DNA of 64,000 nucleotides, from positions 82,330 to 146,329 of the forward strand of contig JAMCUI010000007.1 in NCBI GenBank assembly GCA_023379265.1. Reading direction: 5' to 3'. The DNA comes from Patescibacteria group bacterium. Lineage in GTDB: Bacteria; Patescibacteriota; Microgenomatia; 2-02-FULL-39-11. The translations under genes and the position numbers were made by a program. The notes beneath the pieces were generated by a model. It saw only the letters and a program-made list of their open reading frames with translations, was not told the origin of the DNA and made no database searches. Shown here in pieces: positions 9,337 through 19,782 of the stretch; position 1 is the first letter of the stretch, and the number at the start of each line of letters is the position of its first letter.

Positions 9337-10557
9337 ATGGTAAAAAAACCCACGGTTCTTTTAGCCACAGGTTTTGTTGATGGTAGGGGAGGATCAAAGA
9401 TGAGTTCATGGTTTTATGATGAGATGATAGATCGAGGATATAAGGTAATTGTTGCAACCAACTCAATGTATAAATATAAACTTAATGAATTAAAGTTGAA
9501 GTGTGATGTCACAATTGATCTTAATCCTGAAGATGGTAGGCAGATTATCTATGAAAAATGTGAGGAGGGTCTCAAAAATGTAAATTTTGATTATATGGTA
9601 TCGATGGGGTGGAGGACGTATTGGCCTTATGCTGCTTATAAGAGAAAAATCCCATACATCATGGTAGATGGCGGGATTCCTATCCATTATGATAAATACC
9701 CATCCCCTTTTATCAAAGAAGTTTATGCTAATACTAAATTGTTTTTAATGACTACTTGGTTTAATTGGAAGATGCCTGATAATGATTATATTATTCCCAA
9801 AATAAAGGTTGTAACCCAACCCTATCCTTATAAAAGAGTTGAAGGGATGCGAAAGATACGTAATAAGCCTAGAGAGTATTTTCGTGATATTATTGCCCAA
9901 AAATTCCCCGAGATAAAAGATTATGAATATGATTTAATGGTGTATCTGAATTTATCAGATGCTTATATTGACCCTTTCAATTTCGGGCCCAACAATAGAA
10001 ATTTTGTTGATCCTTGGGGGCATCAAATGGCTGATTATATGGCACAAAACGAAATCGAACCCTCACTTTTTTTCCTGTTTAAGCTGATTGCTGGTTTTGA
10101 GACTAATTACCCTGGAAAAGTATTATTATACTTGATGCAGCAAAAAACGAAGTTTATTTCAGAGCCTATTGTTCAAATGTGTAAGAAAGTTAAAACAATT
10201 GCTACAAGCGGTTTAGACGTAAGTTTGGATCCGTTTATCAAAAAGGCTGCAGACGTCAATATATGCCGTGCCACAAATTGCGATAATCAGGCGGATTTGT
10301 CGTTAATAGGAGAGCCGTGTATAACATCTGTGGTCCCAAAAAACTATATGGATGAGGATACTGCAGCTATTCAAGCAGAGAAACTTGGTGTTTGTTATCA
10401 GATTCAATATGACGATCCGGAATATATGAGGAAATTAAAAGAGTACGTATCTAATAAAGCATTTTATACCAAAATGAGCAATAACACTGCAAACGTATTT
10501 GAAAAGTTCTGGAAAACTAATAATTTTTGGGATGAGCTTTTTAAAGTGTTGAAGTAA
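9337..10557 (+). CDS. Divergent GT-B-fold glycosyltransferase-like protein
   Basis: N-terminal VLLATG..GRGG; C-terminal AADVNICRA...EPCI resembles the MurG/GT28 nucleotide-binding region; long ORF with an SD (GGAG). Confidence 0.55.
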   Translation: MVKKPTVLLATGFVDGRGGSKMSSWFYDEMIDRGYKVIVATNSMYKYKLNELKLKCDVTIDLNPEDGRQIIYEKCEEGLKNVNFDYMVSMGWRTYWPYAAYKRKIPYIMVDGGIPIHYDKYPSPFIKEVYANTKLFLMTTWFNWKMPDNDYIIPKIKVVTQPYPYKRVEGMRKIRNKPREYFRDIIAQKFPEIKDYEYDLMVYLNLSDAYIDPFNFGPNNRNFVDPWGHQMADYMAQNEIEPSLFFLFKLIAGFETNYPGKVLLYLMQQKTKFISEPIVQMCKKVKTIATSGLDVSLDPFIKKAADVNICRATNCDNQADLSLIGEPCITSVVPKNYMDEDTAAIQAEKLGVCYQIQYDDPEYMRKLKEYVSNKAFYTKMSNNTANVFEKFWKTNNFWDELFKVLK

Positions 10558-10591
10558 TTTAGGTTTAGTGACGACTTAAAACAAAGTGAGT

Positions 10592-12223
10592 CTATTGATT
10601 AGTGACATAGACAGTATCAGCATTCGGAAAAGGAGGTATAGGTATTCCAGCAAGGTGTGCTACCATCGTAAAGAAATTTGTCCCCGGGTTTTTATGATTT
10701 TGTAAAAAATAAGTATCTGCCGCATCGACTAAAGATGCTGCTTCTCCAGGATCAGTTGCAATATCAGTTAATCTACTTGCTAATTTAAGCATATCTACTT
10801 CCGAAGTGTATTGGCGTAAACCTCGTAAATAAGCACCTTGATCCATTTTGGGAGCGTCCATATATCCTTCACCAGGGATAGTAAAAATTAACTGAGGAAC
10901 CCCTGCAATAACGCTTTCAGCTGAGGAATTGGCTTGTACCGTGCGGTGTATGACTACATCAGCCGCTCTGTGGTACATTCCGTATTTTGATTGGGGGAAA
11001 CGAGGAGCTCTTACAAGTAAAACTTTTGCTTTTTTTGCCTCTGAAGCAGTGATTTCAGCCATATCCGGTAGGTTTAATGAATTGGCGATTTCAATAAATT
11101 TAGGAACCCCAGATAGTAAAACTTTTTTTCCTGTAAGTCTTGCGATTTCTCTTGCTGCGTGTACAAGTTTCTTACTGCCGATCATCATATCGTCAAATTG
11201 TGCCCTTGTTAGCCATTTACCGATATTACTCGCGTCAAAATATCCGGAACTTGCAAAAAATGGAATAAATATGTTGTCTTTTTTAACTAATTCTTCAGCA
11301 AATGCAGGATCGCTACTTCTAACATATTCTGCGAGCATTTCTCTGGCTGATTCTTTCTTCACTTCTCTCCACTCAGTCCATCTGTGGATATATTCAGGTG
11401 TAAAAGGAATTGATGAAGAGGCTCCAACTATACCATTGGGCGCTCTGTGCCTTGCCCATTTTATATTAAAGTCGATCCATGAATTATTTAGCATCCAAAC
11501 TTCAACGTCTGCGTTACTAGCATATCCCGGTGGATAAAATCTGTCGTAAGGATATCCATCAACTGTAGTGTCAAAACTAGGATTGTCTTCATCAGGAAAC
11601 GAACTGTCTTGCATTATCAGTTTAGCGCGAATATTTTTTCTTGTCTCTTGTTTCACTGTCTCAATGGCTCTTTTTAATCCAAATGGGACAAATCCGGTAT
11701 ATCCCGTACTGACAATAAATATATTTTCATGGCCCTTATTAGCCAGGTCGTAGATGGTATCAGTTAGCGTCTTTTCAACAGTCTTGTATTTTGCAGGAGT
11801 ATCACCGTTTGATTCGGAAAATGAAGTTATTTGTTCAGGAAGGCTCCCAGTAAATTTTTCTTCTGATATATCTGAAACTCCACCAGAGGCACCAGCGTAA
11901 TAGAATGGTATATTAAGAATATTTGCAATTTTTCTCATGCCCTCAGCTACTTGTAAAGCCTGTGTTGACGGTCCGTCACCGGCAAGTCCCGCTGGGTTTA
12001 CATATAAAAGTACATCAGGAGGGTGTCCGTCAAATCCAGATTCTACTCTGCCTATTCTAAAATCAGATGCTCTGGCTACTGCAGGATGCGACGGGTTAGG
12101 TTGTATTTTGAAAAAATCAGGAGCAGCGATAGGCTTTGGGATAAGCCTGCCATCTCCTGGTTCTGTTCCTATTAACGAGTGGATTGCCGAGCTTCTTTCA
12201 GCTTCACTTAGTGCTCTTGCCAT
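10592..12223 (-). CDS. Divergent GT-B-fold glycosyltransferase-like protein
   Basis: AADVVIHR...AESVIAGVPQL GT-B C-terminal signature; shares motifs with the 9337..10557 protein. Confidence 0.55.
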   Translation of the reverse strand: MARALSEAERSSAIHSLIGTEPGDGRLIPKPIAAPDFFKIQPNPSHPAVARASDFRIGRVESGFDGHPPDVLLYVNPAGLAGDGPSTQALQVAEGMRKIANILNIPFYYAGASGGVSDISEEKFTGSLPEQITSFSESNGDTPAKYKTVEKTLTDTIYDLANKGHENIFIVSTGYTGFVPFGLKRAIETVKQETRKNIRAKLIMQDSSFPDEDNPSFDTTVDGYPYDRFYPPGYASNADVEVWMLNNSWIDFNIKWARHRAPNGIVGASSSIPFTPEYIHRWTEWREVKKESAREMLAEYVRSSDPAFAEELVKKDNIFIPFFASSGYFDASNIGKWLTRAQFDDMMIGSKKLVHAAREIARLTGKKVLLSGVPKFIEIANSLNLPDMAEITASEAKKAKVLLVRAPRFPQSKYGMYHRAADVVIHRTVQANSSAESVIAGVPQLIFTIPGEGYMDAPKMDQGAYLRGLRQYTSEVDMLKLASRLTDIATDPGEAASLVDAADTYFLQNHKNPGTNFFTMVAHLAGIPIPPFPNADTVYVTNQ

Positions 12224-12586
12224 ATTTATTTATATATTGGCAGGAAATCCGTATTATAAAGAATAAATTTCGTTAATAATTTTCATACTTTATCATACAT
12301 GAAGTTTTTTTGTCAATGTAACACATATTACATTTCTTAAACGATGTTTATAAGTTAGAACAATTTTATTGTTAGTTTTAGTCAAGTTTTAATATACCCA
12401 TTTTACTCTGGTCTGCAACTTTTAGCATAAGCGAAGGGTGAAAAAAGCTGATGAGATGGGTATATACTGTTCTTCGATAAGCTTAGGATCAGTTCTGAGA
12501 CTAAGTCGAAAGACTGAAATAATCAGTTGCAAACTTGAGTTATTGAAGTATAGTAGAAAAATATTTGATGATTTATTATGGTGATT

Positions 12587-13819
12587 ATGGAAACTGAATC
12601 TGAACTTTGGAAGGGAAATTTGGACAAAATTTATCCGTTGATAGATCAAAATGAGTTAAAAATATATAGTAGACTTTTCTGTAGAGAATTAAGCGCAGTA
12701 TTATCCAATCAGATTTCTTCTTTGCCTGCAATCTTAAATCCAATTTGTAAAGTTTCTCCTAGCCCCGGTTACGGTATTGCGATTTCAGTCGGTGGAACAA
12801 ATGGTTATGTTTCATCCTTTTATATTTCAAGGAAAGGAGTATTGAAATTTCATAATAGGTTTTTATTTCCCTTGCCACAGAATACAACGAGGGATAAACT
12901 CTTTCATTTAGTAACAAAAAACGCCTTAAAAGTCTTAAATCATCCTAAGAATTTTCCTCCGATTGGTATTGGTCTTGCTTACCCGTTAAAACCCGTATTG
13001 ACACATAAATATGTTGATGGAGAACTTATGTATATGACAAAAGGGAGAAATATTGAAGGATTGGTAGGGAAAAGGGTTGGACAGGAATATCATAAGTTTC
13101 TAAAAAAAGAATATGGTGTTGATACTACAGTATCAGTAGCAAATGATGCGATATGTCTGCTTTTAGGAGGTGATGGCGCTGAAGCGGCTGGAGTGGTAGG
13201 AACTGGTCTTAATTTTGCCTATTGGGAGAAGACGTATAATATCGCCCCTTTGAAATTGAAAGAACTTGCTGGTTTTTCACAGGCCGAAGTAGCAGTGAAT
13301 ATTGAGTCCAAAAACTTTAATAAGATTGAAGGTACAAAACTTCGTTCTATAGTGGATAAAGAAAGTGTAGATCCCGGATATTCCCTTGCAGAAAAGGAGG
13401 CGGCCGGAGCATATCTTTTTAAGATTTTTAATGCCGGGAAGAAGGAAATTTTAGGAAATAAGTTTCCTGATCTGAGTTCTACAGACCAAATAGATGAAAT
13501 AGTGACGGGATCTTATACGTATCCTATAGAAACTAATGAAGAGTTGCAGATGAAAGCCCGATTATTTGCTCAAAGAATTTTGGAGAGATCGGCGCAGATT
13601 ACGGCTATAGAGTTGTGTGGCGTGCTTATGAAAATAGGAAGGACGAGTGGAGTGGTGTCGATAGTTATGGAAGGCGGAATTTTTTGGAAAGCAAAAAATT
13701 ATCTTTCGTTAGTCAATTTATATATAAATACTATATTGCCTGAAGTGATTCCTTCATTTGCCAGGTTGTTTGGTAGCAGTAGGAGAGGAATTGCTGTTTT
13801 AGCCAGAAGCGTCTATTAA
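12587..13819 (+). CDS. Hexokinase-family (Hexokinase_1/2) sugar kinase
   Basis: ISVGGTN, GLAYP, MTKG, VANDA, VVGTGLNFAY, NIES..F, EK..AGAYL and EGG motifs in hexokinase order. Confidence 0.8.
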   Translation: METESELWKGNLDKIYPLIDQNELKIYSRLFCRELSAVLSNQISSLPAILNPICKVSPSPGYGIAISVGGTNGYVSSFYISRKGVLKFHNRFLFPLPQNTTRDKLFHLVTKNALKVLNHPKNFPPIGIGLAYPLKPVLTHKYVDGELMYMTKGRNIEGLVGKRVGQEYHKFLKKEYGVDTTVSVANDAICLLLGGDGAEAAGVVGTGLNFAYWEKTYNIAPLKLKELAGFSQAEVAVNIESKNFNKIEGTKLRSIVDKESVDPGYSLAEKEAAGAYLFKIFNAGKKEILGNKFPDLSSTDQIDEIVTGSYTYPIETNEELQMKARLFAQRILERSAQITAIELCGVLMKIGRTSGVVSIVMEGGIFWKAKNYLSLVNLYINTILPEVIPSFARLFGSSRRGIAVLARSVY

Positions 13820-13958
13820 TTGTTCCAACTGTAACATATTTGTAAGTTTCTTAGTATGGCGATGGTTTGATGTTTGAATTAAAATGTGCTAGCGTTTTAT
13901 TACTTCTGTTTTTTATCTTTTCCTTGACTGGATATCATATCCCTCTTATCATGGAAAT

Positions 13959-16900
13959 ATGACATCTCCTGAAGCAGGTGGTTTATTTGGTCAATTGAAA
14001 AATTTACTCACCCAATTATTTATAGATAAAAAGAGAATAGAAGAGGAGAAGCGTTTAAGGGAAGAGGCGCAAAGAAGCAAAATTGAGGCTGAAACTCCAG
14101 AAAATATTAGAAGAGATAGAGAACGGCATAGAGAAGAAGATGAAGAAAGAGCTTATAGAGAAAGAGCCTCAGCTGACGAAATGGCTGAAGAGGAGCAAGG
14201 GGAAATCCAAAACAGAAGAATAGGTTTAAGAAAACAAGCTATTAAAGAGGAGTTGCGCAAGGCTATTGCACAACAGGAGATGATTGCGGGAGAGCGGCAG
14301 GTCTATAAAGAATATGCTTATGTGGATTATTTAGTCAGTGATTTTAGGGCGGATACAAATCTCCGGGATGGTCTATACGCATTAATTGATGCAAATTATA
14401 GTGCAGCGCTTATCATTGAGAAGATTATAAAAGGTGGTAAGGCTCTTCATTCTGATCCGCAACAGCTTCTGGATATTGGTGCAGCTTTGTATTTCCAGGC
14501 CAGTCAATCAGGGATGGTTCCTGCTATCCAGCCAATCTTAAATGAGGTGGAAGAACGTGTCCTTCAGCTTTTCATTGATGTAAGAAAGAAAGGAATAGAA
14601 ACCAGATCTGGAGGTGTACGCGAAATTAATAACCCGGCTCAGTTTTTGGCTGATGCTGACAAAAGATATCCCCCAAATGATTTTAGGGATTTATCATCAA
14701 ATAATCCGGCGGAATGGCGTCGCGGAATACACAATATATTAAACTCTGCTCGTCCCGGGGCAGATGCTGAGTATACAAGGGAAGCTTTAGAGTCAGCAGT
14801 ATCGATAGACAGAAATGCCCCTCCTCCCCAAAAACTGGTAAATGAGGTATCCGATTTATTGCAAAAAGTTCAGGATAGAGAAAATGCCGGTGAACCTTTG
14901 TCCAGCAGCGAATTAAATGATTTAAGCGACGAGATTGACCAGGTTGGATTTAACTCTTTCCCACAGGATGTGGTTGCTGGTACAAACAGATATTTGCAGA
15001 CTGCTGCCAATATAAGAAGTTATACCGAGTCAGTCAAGAACAAATTGGCAGAAAAAGCAGTCGAACGTTTAAGATCAGAAGTGCCTAGTGTGGAACGGAA
15101 TCTGACGTCTGAGCAGTTTTTGGAGCGAATTGGACATCCTGGCGATATGGGCCGATTATTGGTCAGCAGTCCAGATGTGGCAAAGCTTTTGGTGGGCAAT
15201 ACCAAAGAAAGTTCAAGCTTTCGGTTCAAAGTTTTCCTCAGAATACACGCGGCTGTACTTACTCAGCGACGTGAGTCATTTCATGATAATTTTGGATTAT
15301 ACGAAAGGGCTGATTTTACCGCATTTATTAATCATATTAGGAATAATATGAAAGGCGTGCGGCCTGAGACGGGCCAGCCTTTTGGTGAAGCCTGGGTTGA
15401 TTGGTATGTTGGTTTGAGCAATTCCATCCGTTTATCCCGCGATATAGATTTCTGGGCTTCACAGCCTGGAGCCGATCCCGAACAATTCAACCGTTCGCTG
15501 TCTCTTTTTTTGAATGAATACAATGTTCAATTGATGAGCGTTCCGGGAGTGGAGCAGGCCTATAGGGCATATCTTAGTACGATAAAATCCATCAAAAACC
15601 ATAATGATGGCTATGTACCTCCCGCATTAGTAGAGTATTCTCCAGGTAAGATGGTTTCAGGATGGGATAATATGGCCCGAGAATGGGTAAAGAAGATGAT
15701 TTCCATGGGGCAGATACAGGACGTGGACCGTGATCCTTATGGGTTCCATAAGTTGGAAGAGAATGGGTTTACTCTGAAGCTAAAAGAGGGCCCCGAAGGA
15801 AAATTAAAAATGGAAAATATGAGCAATGAGGAGATGGCAATGTATATGACTCTTGCGAAAGGATATGGAATATCAACATGGATGTTACTGGATGAATTTG
15901 CCAACTCCAAAGTTCCAGGTTCAGATCATCCTAGATGGGGAATGACAGGTTTTCATAGTCTTGCGGCGTACGAGGGAGTCGCCCGTGCAGGAAATTATTT
16001 TGCATCAGTGGTAACGAAGTGGAAGTATACATTCAAATATTTTCATATGATGAATATGCTAGTTCCTGAACATAAAAGGAAAGTGTGGGGCGCCAGTGAT
16101 TTTAATGAAGCTAAAAAGGCATATATTGCTTATAGAAACGGTACTTTTGAGAAGGAGTTTGGAAAGGACGCAAAGCGCATGATTGATTTGGATAACTTCA
16201 GTCACTTTTCTGCTAATTTACCATTTTCAGGATGGAGACATGTGGATATGACAATAGGTTGGTCCGATAAACTTCGTGAATCTATGGGATCTGCCCATCA
16301 AATAGGTATGGCTAATGCTTTTGCTGGCGCTAAGGTAAAAGATTATTTTGTGGTTGATAAATATAAAAAGGAATTTAGGGATAAGATGAGAGAAGCAGGA
16401 CAACCTTATGCCGGTCCGCGTTTTGACGCTTTGTGGCAGGAAAGAGGATATCCAATATATAAAGCAAGGATTGAGAATGAGTGGGATAGTATAAAACATA
16501 AGGAGGAGGTTGAGGAGTTGGTTTCTAAATACGCAAAAGCTTATAAGGCTAGAGTTTGGATAGAAACCGCGATGCGTAATCCTTTGGCAATAGCCCAAAA
16601 TGTAAAAGTAAAAGTGCCAATTCCTGGATTTACTGCAGAGGAAGGTAAAAGAGATGTAAGTATCCATTTGCTTTTGGTGCAAAAAATTTTGGGAATTCCT
16701 TATGAAGATATAAAGTACGGAGACGATCCCAAAAGCCGGGAAGCAAAAGTATACGCCTCACCAACGGTTTCACAAGAAAGGTGGATGAAAGAAGCTGCTG
16801 ACTTAGAGTCTGATATAGCAGTAGTGCGTGAGATTGCGATACGTGAGAATAGGGAACTGCGTGAGTCAGATTTCAATGCCATAAGTGACGCGCATCGTAA

Positions 16901-17795
16901 GAGAGATGCTTTGGAGTATTGGAAAGCTGTGCGAAAGATGATGTTGGGAGATTTATCTCCTGATTTACATGAGCGTTTATACGAAAAGCTCGGTCTTAAA
17001 ATGTCAGAGAATGGTTATGACTACGATATTGATTGGGAAAAGATCGAGCATGTAGATCATATTGTAAATGAAATAAGTCACGGTGAAGGGATTGATTTGG
17101 GTAATTTGGAAGGAGTACGTATTCAAATTCCACATCAATTAAATAAGGAGTTGATAGATAAAGAGTGGGATGAAATGTTCAGCCCCGATGACATTTCCAT
17201 AAGAGAATTGGATATGATGAATCTCGGCTCAAGACATCTTATCAGGCGCGGAGGGGATGCACTTGCTCATTATCAGGGAGGACAACGGTTGGAAAAGTAT
17301 CTAATGTATGACCTCAAAGGCAATCCGAATCCTGAAGATTTGGCAAAAGCCTTATCGGAAGTGGCTCAGGCATATACTGGTGATGATACATTAAAAGGTT
17401 GGAGAGCGGCTGGAATGTGGGCATATGCAACGTCGAAATTTTATTCGTTTGATTATGGGCATTTGGGTTCTCCTGCACAATTGCAAGTGTATGGAACGAG
17501 AAGAGGAATTGCCGCCTGGATGGCAAACGGCAGAAGAAAATTCTGGGATACAATTGAGCATCTTGATGTTTTACCGCCTACTCATGAGGGTTTTTTGGAT
17601 TATTATGCACAACCAGAGCTCATGAATATACATGAATTACGAAGATTGTCAAAAGCTGATAATGTTGATGTTTGGATGGAAATAGTGACTTTGGGTGCGG
17701 CATTGGCTATAGCCTTGACTATTTACCGGGCATTTACCGCACCTTCAGAAGAAGAGGAAGGCGGTGGGGGAGGCGGTGGCGGGGGACATCACTGA
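13959..17795 (+). CDS. Large hypothetical protein: N-terminal charged coiled coil, C-terminal TM anchor
   Basis: 1278-aa ORF; E/R-rich N-terminus; IVTLGAALAIALTIY TM segment, then an EEEEGGGGGGGGHH tail. Confidence 0.8.
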   Translation: MTSPEAGGLFGQLKNLLTQLFIDKKRIEEEKRLREEAQRSKIEAETPENIRRDRERHREEDEERAYRERASADEMAEEEQGEIQNRRIGLRKQAIKEELRKAIAQQEMIAGERQVYKEYAYVDYLVSDFRADTNLRDGLYALIDANYSAALIIEKIIKGGKALHSDPQQLLDIGAALYFQASQSGMVPAIQPILNEVEERVLQLFIDVRKKGIETRSGGVREINNPAQFLADADKRYPPNDFRDLSSNNPAEWRRGIHNILNSARPGADAEYTREALESAVSIDRNAPPPQKLVNEVSDLLQKVQDRENAGEPLSSSELNDLSDEIDQVGFNSFPQDVVAGTNRYLQTAANIRSYTESVKNKLAEKAVERLRSEVPSVERNLTSEQFLERIGHPGDMGRLLVSSPDVAKLLVGNTKESSSFRFKVFLRIHAAVLTQRRESFHDNFGLYERADFTAFINHIRNNMKGVRPETGQPFGEAWVDWYVGLSNSIRLSRDIDFWASQPGADPEQFNRSLSLFLNEYNVQLMSVPGVEQAYRAYLSTIKSIKNHNDGYVPPALVEYSPGKMVSGWDNMAREWVKKMISMGQIQDVDRDPYGFHKLEENGFTLKLKEGPEGKLKMENMSNEEMAMYMTLAKGYGISTWMLLDEFANSKVPGSDHPRWGMTGFHSLAAYEGVARAGNYFASVVTKWKYTFKYFHMMNMLVPEHKRKVWGASDFNEAKKAYIAYRNGTFEKEFGKDAKRMIDLDNFSHFSANLPFSGWRHVDMTIGWSDKLRESMGSAHQIGMANAFAGAKVKDYFVVDKYKKEFRDKMREAGQPYAGPRFDALWQERGYPIYKARIENEWDSIKHKEEVEELVSKYAKAYKARVWIETAMRNPLAIAQNVKVKVPIPGFTAEEGKRDVSIHLLLVQKILGIPYEDIKYGDDPKSREAKVYASPTVSQERWMKEAADLESDIAVVREIAIRENRELRESDFNAISDAHRKRDALEYWKAVRKMMLGDLSPDLHERLYEKLGLKMSENGYDYDIDWEKIEHVDHIVNEISHGEGIDLGNLEGVRIQIPHQLNKELIDKEWDEMFSPDDISIRELDMMNLGSRHLIRRGGDALAHYQGGQRLEKYLMYDLKGNPNPEDLAKALSEVAQAYTGDDTLKGWRAAGMWAYATSKFYSFDYGHLGSPAQLQVYGTRRGIAAWMANGRRKFWDTIEHLDVLPPTHEGFLDYYAQPELMNIHELRRLSKADNVDVWMEIVTLGAALAIALTIYRAFTAPSEEEEGGGGGGGGGHH

Positions 17796-19345
17796 TGATG
17801 TCCATCTCCCTTTTTGGAGAACATACTCATTATAGATTGCAAATAGTAGAATTGGCTCATAGCTCCCATACCGGTTCCTACCGCTCCAGTAACTGGTGCA
17901 AAAGCACTACCAGCAGTGACGGGTATAGCAGCTTTCGGATGGAAAAGTTTTTTGACGGAAGCAATCATGTTTGGAGCCATAAATATAATTCCCAGCCCGA
18001 TTACTATAGCCAACGGATTACCTTTTATATGCAGTATGCTTTGATTTGTGCCCGGAATAGTGAGATTGAGCTCTCCACCTCCAGCAGGAATTAATGGTGG
18101 ACTCCAGAGGTTACCGCTCCAGGCAATAGACGTAAATATCCAACTGAAATAAATAACCGCAACAGTAGTCGGAAAAACTATTAAATTAGCAATTATGTTT
18201 TGTATCCATTGGCCGAACGCTGATCTTCCGGGAATAGCTTCCTGAAGAAGGAGAATAGGAGCAATAATGACAGTCAATAATAGTTGGATATACGAGTTTA
18301 AGAGAAGGAAAAATATCCTTATAAACGTAAATAAAAGACCAAGACCGATAATAAAAAGTATTATAGCAAGTGGAGCTCCTGCTAAAAAAAGTCCCCATCC
18401 ACCTGTAAAAGTACCCAATATTGCAAGCATTGCTTCAATAATAATTGTGATTGCGCCATAACCCAATAAGTTTGTTCCGGAACTGAAAAATGCCTGTTGG
18501 AAAAAAGATGGTACCAGTCCTAATGAGAAAACGGCTGAAGCCAGTTTCCCGATACCTGCCCACCCGCCTCCCATAAATTCCTGTTGCTGTTGGGCAACGT
18601 TTTTAAGAAAATCTGCCCCAATAATAAGATTGTTTGGAACAGCGCTCGCCATAAGTTGAATTACAATTGCTATTGCCAGATACATTAAATCGATGAAAAA
18701 ACCGGCAATCGGGTATGAGAAGGTAATTAGAAGCAAGGTAACAATAATTTTAGGTAATGCTGCCTGAATAGAAATTACTGTTTTGGGGTCAATTTTCATA
18801 CGGAATATTATCATGAAACCAATGGCGATCATAATAATAATCAGTATGGTATATGCTATATTCCTTGCAGTTTGCCAAAGTGGCAAAAGAGGGACAAGGC
18901 CTGAGAATCCAATTCCCTGAGCGTTAGCGGGTGTAGCCAAAAAGCCAGAATTTGCCAACAGGTTTTGTGTATATGCTATAGCTGAAGCCGGCGGATGGTC
19001 GTATAATGTTCCTATGGCTTGAGCCATCAGTCCTAGAGCGCTTGTGTTTTCCAGACTGCTTTGCCCATTATTTGCGCTTGATGACTGACATGGCATGAGG
19101 GCACAAGTCAATTTCCCAATCATTGTAAAAGTGTTATAGCCTATTACTCTGTCAGAAAAAATTACAGTTTGACCTGTGTTTTTTTCGACATTTTCTGCAC
19201 TTTGTTCGTTAGTGAGCATTTTTTCAAAAGAGAAATTGAAAGGATTATCAGCCGCTGAAATTTTTTTGGGTAAGATGAGAAGAAATAGAACAAAGGATAT
19301 AGATAAAATAACTAAAAGAAGCATCTTATCAGGCAGTTTAAGCAT
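17789..19345 (-). CDS. VirB6/TrbL-like polytopic membrane protein
   Basis: Signal peptide, LWQTARNIAY, LPKIIVTLLLITFS, LLTVIIAPI and many TMs; sits at the end of the pilin operon. Confidence 0.65.
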   Translation of the reverse strand: MLKLPDKMLLLVILSISFVLFLLILPKKISAADNPFNFSFEKMLTNEQSAENVEKNTGQTVIFSDRVIGYNTFTMIGKLTCALMPCQSSSANNGQSSLENTSALGLMAQAIGTLYDHPPASAIAYTQNLLANSGFLATPANAQGIGFSGLVPLLPLWQTARNIAYTILIIIMIAIGFMIIFRMKIDPKTVISIQAALPKIIVTLLLITFSYPIAGFFIDLMYLAIAIVIQLMASAVPNNLIIGADFLKNVAQQQQEFMGGGWAGIGKLASAVFSLGLVPSFFQQAFFSSGTNLLGYGAITIIIEAMLAILGTFTGGWGLFLAGAPLAIILFIIGLGLLFTFIRIFFLLLNSYIQLLLTVIIAPILLLQEAIPGRSAFGQWIQNIIANLIVFPTTVAVIYFSWIFTSIAWSGNLWSPPLIPAGGGELNLTIPGTNQSILHIKGNPLAIVIGLGIIFMAPNMIASVKKLFHPKAAIPVTAGSAFAPVTGAVGTGMGAMSQFYYLQSIMSMFSKKGDGHHQ

Positions 19346-19447
19346 AACTTTATTATTCTTCTTTTTGTCAGTTATGTCAAGGAATCATCAGCTTGATTTT
19401 AATAAATTGAAATAGATTTATTTTCTACAAATATAATCTATTAAAAC

Positions 19448-19762
19448 TTATTGGGGGATTGTAAAAGTGGTAATGTTGACTCCGGTAAAACTTTCAATAA
19501 GTTTGAATATTATAAAGGCAACAGCAAAAAGGACAATTCCAATGATGGCATAGGTCATAGTTTGTTGTGCGGAAGCTGCGGCTTTTTGATCACCTCCAGA
19601 GGTAAGAAACTTAAAACCTCCAATGGTTAACATAACAAATAACGCCAAAACAGCCAGACTAATTGAAATTGTTAGAATTCTAGTAAAAACTACTTCTAAG
19701 CATTTGAAAGTTGGGATGTCTACTCCACCTATATTAAGAGTACATGTTGACCAATCAGTCAT
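19448..19762 (-). CDS. VirB2/TrbC-like (T4SS_pilin) protein
   Basis: Two hydrophobic helices linked by GGFKFLTSGGDQK..AQQTMTYAIIG. Confidence 0.8.
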   Translation of the reverse strand: MTDWSTCTLNIGGVDIPTFKCLEVVFTRILTISISLAVLALFVMLTIGGFKFLTSGGDQKAAASAQQTMTYAIIGIVLFAVAFIIFKLIESFTGVNITTFTIPQ

Positions 19763-19782
19763 GAAGATAAATTGGTATTAAA

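Noticed and set aside
10929-12266. Plus-strand ORFs of 202, 61 and 109 aa
   Set aside because: Antisense shadows of the 543-aa gene; the same applies to most short overlapping ORFs in the track.
17749-17790. Poly-Gly-His tail as a cloning tag or artefact
   Set aside because: Only two His, mixed Gly codons and a natural overlap with the convergent gene; no vector sequence.
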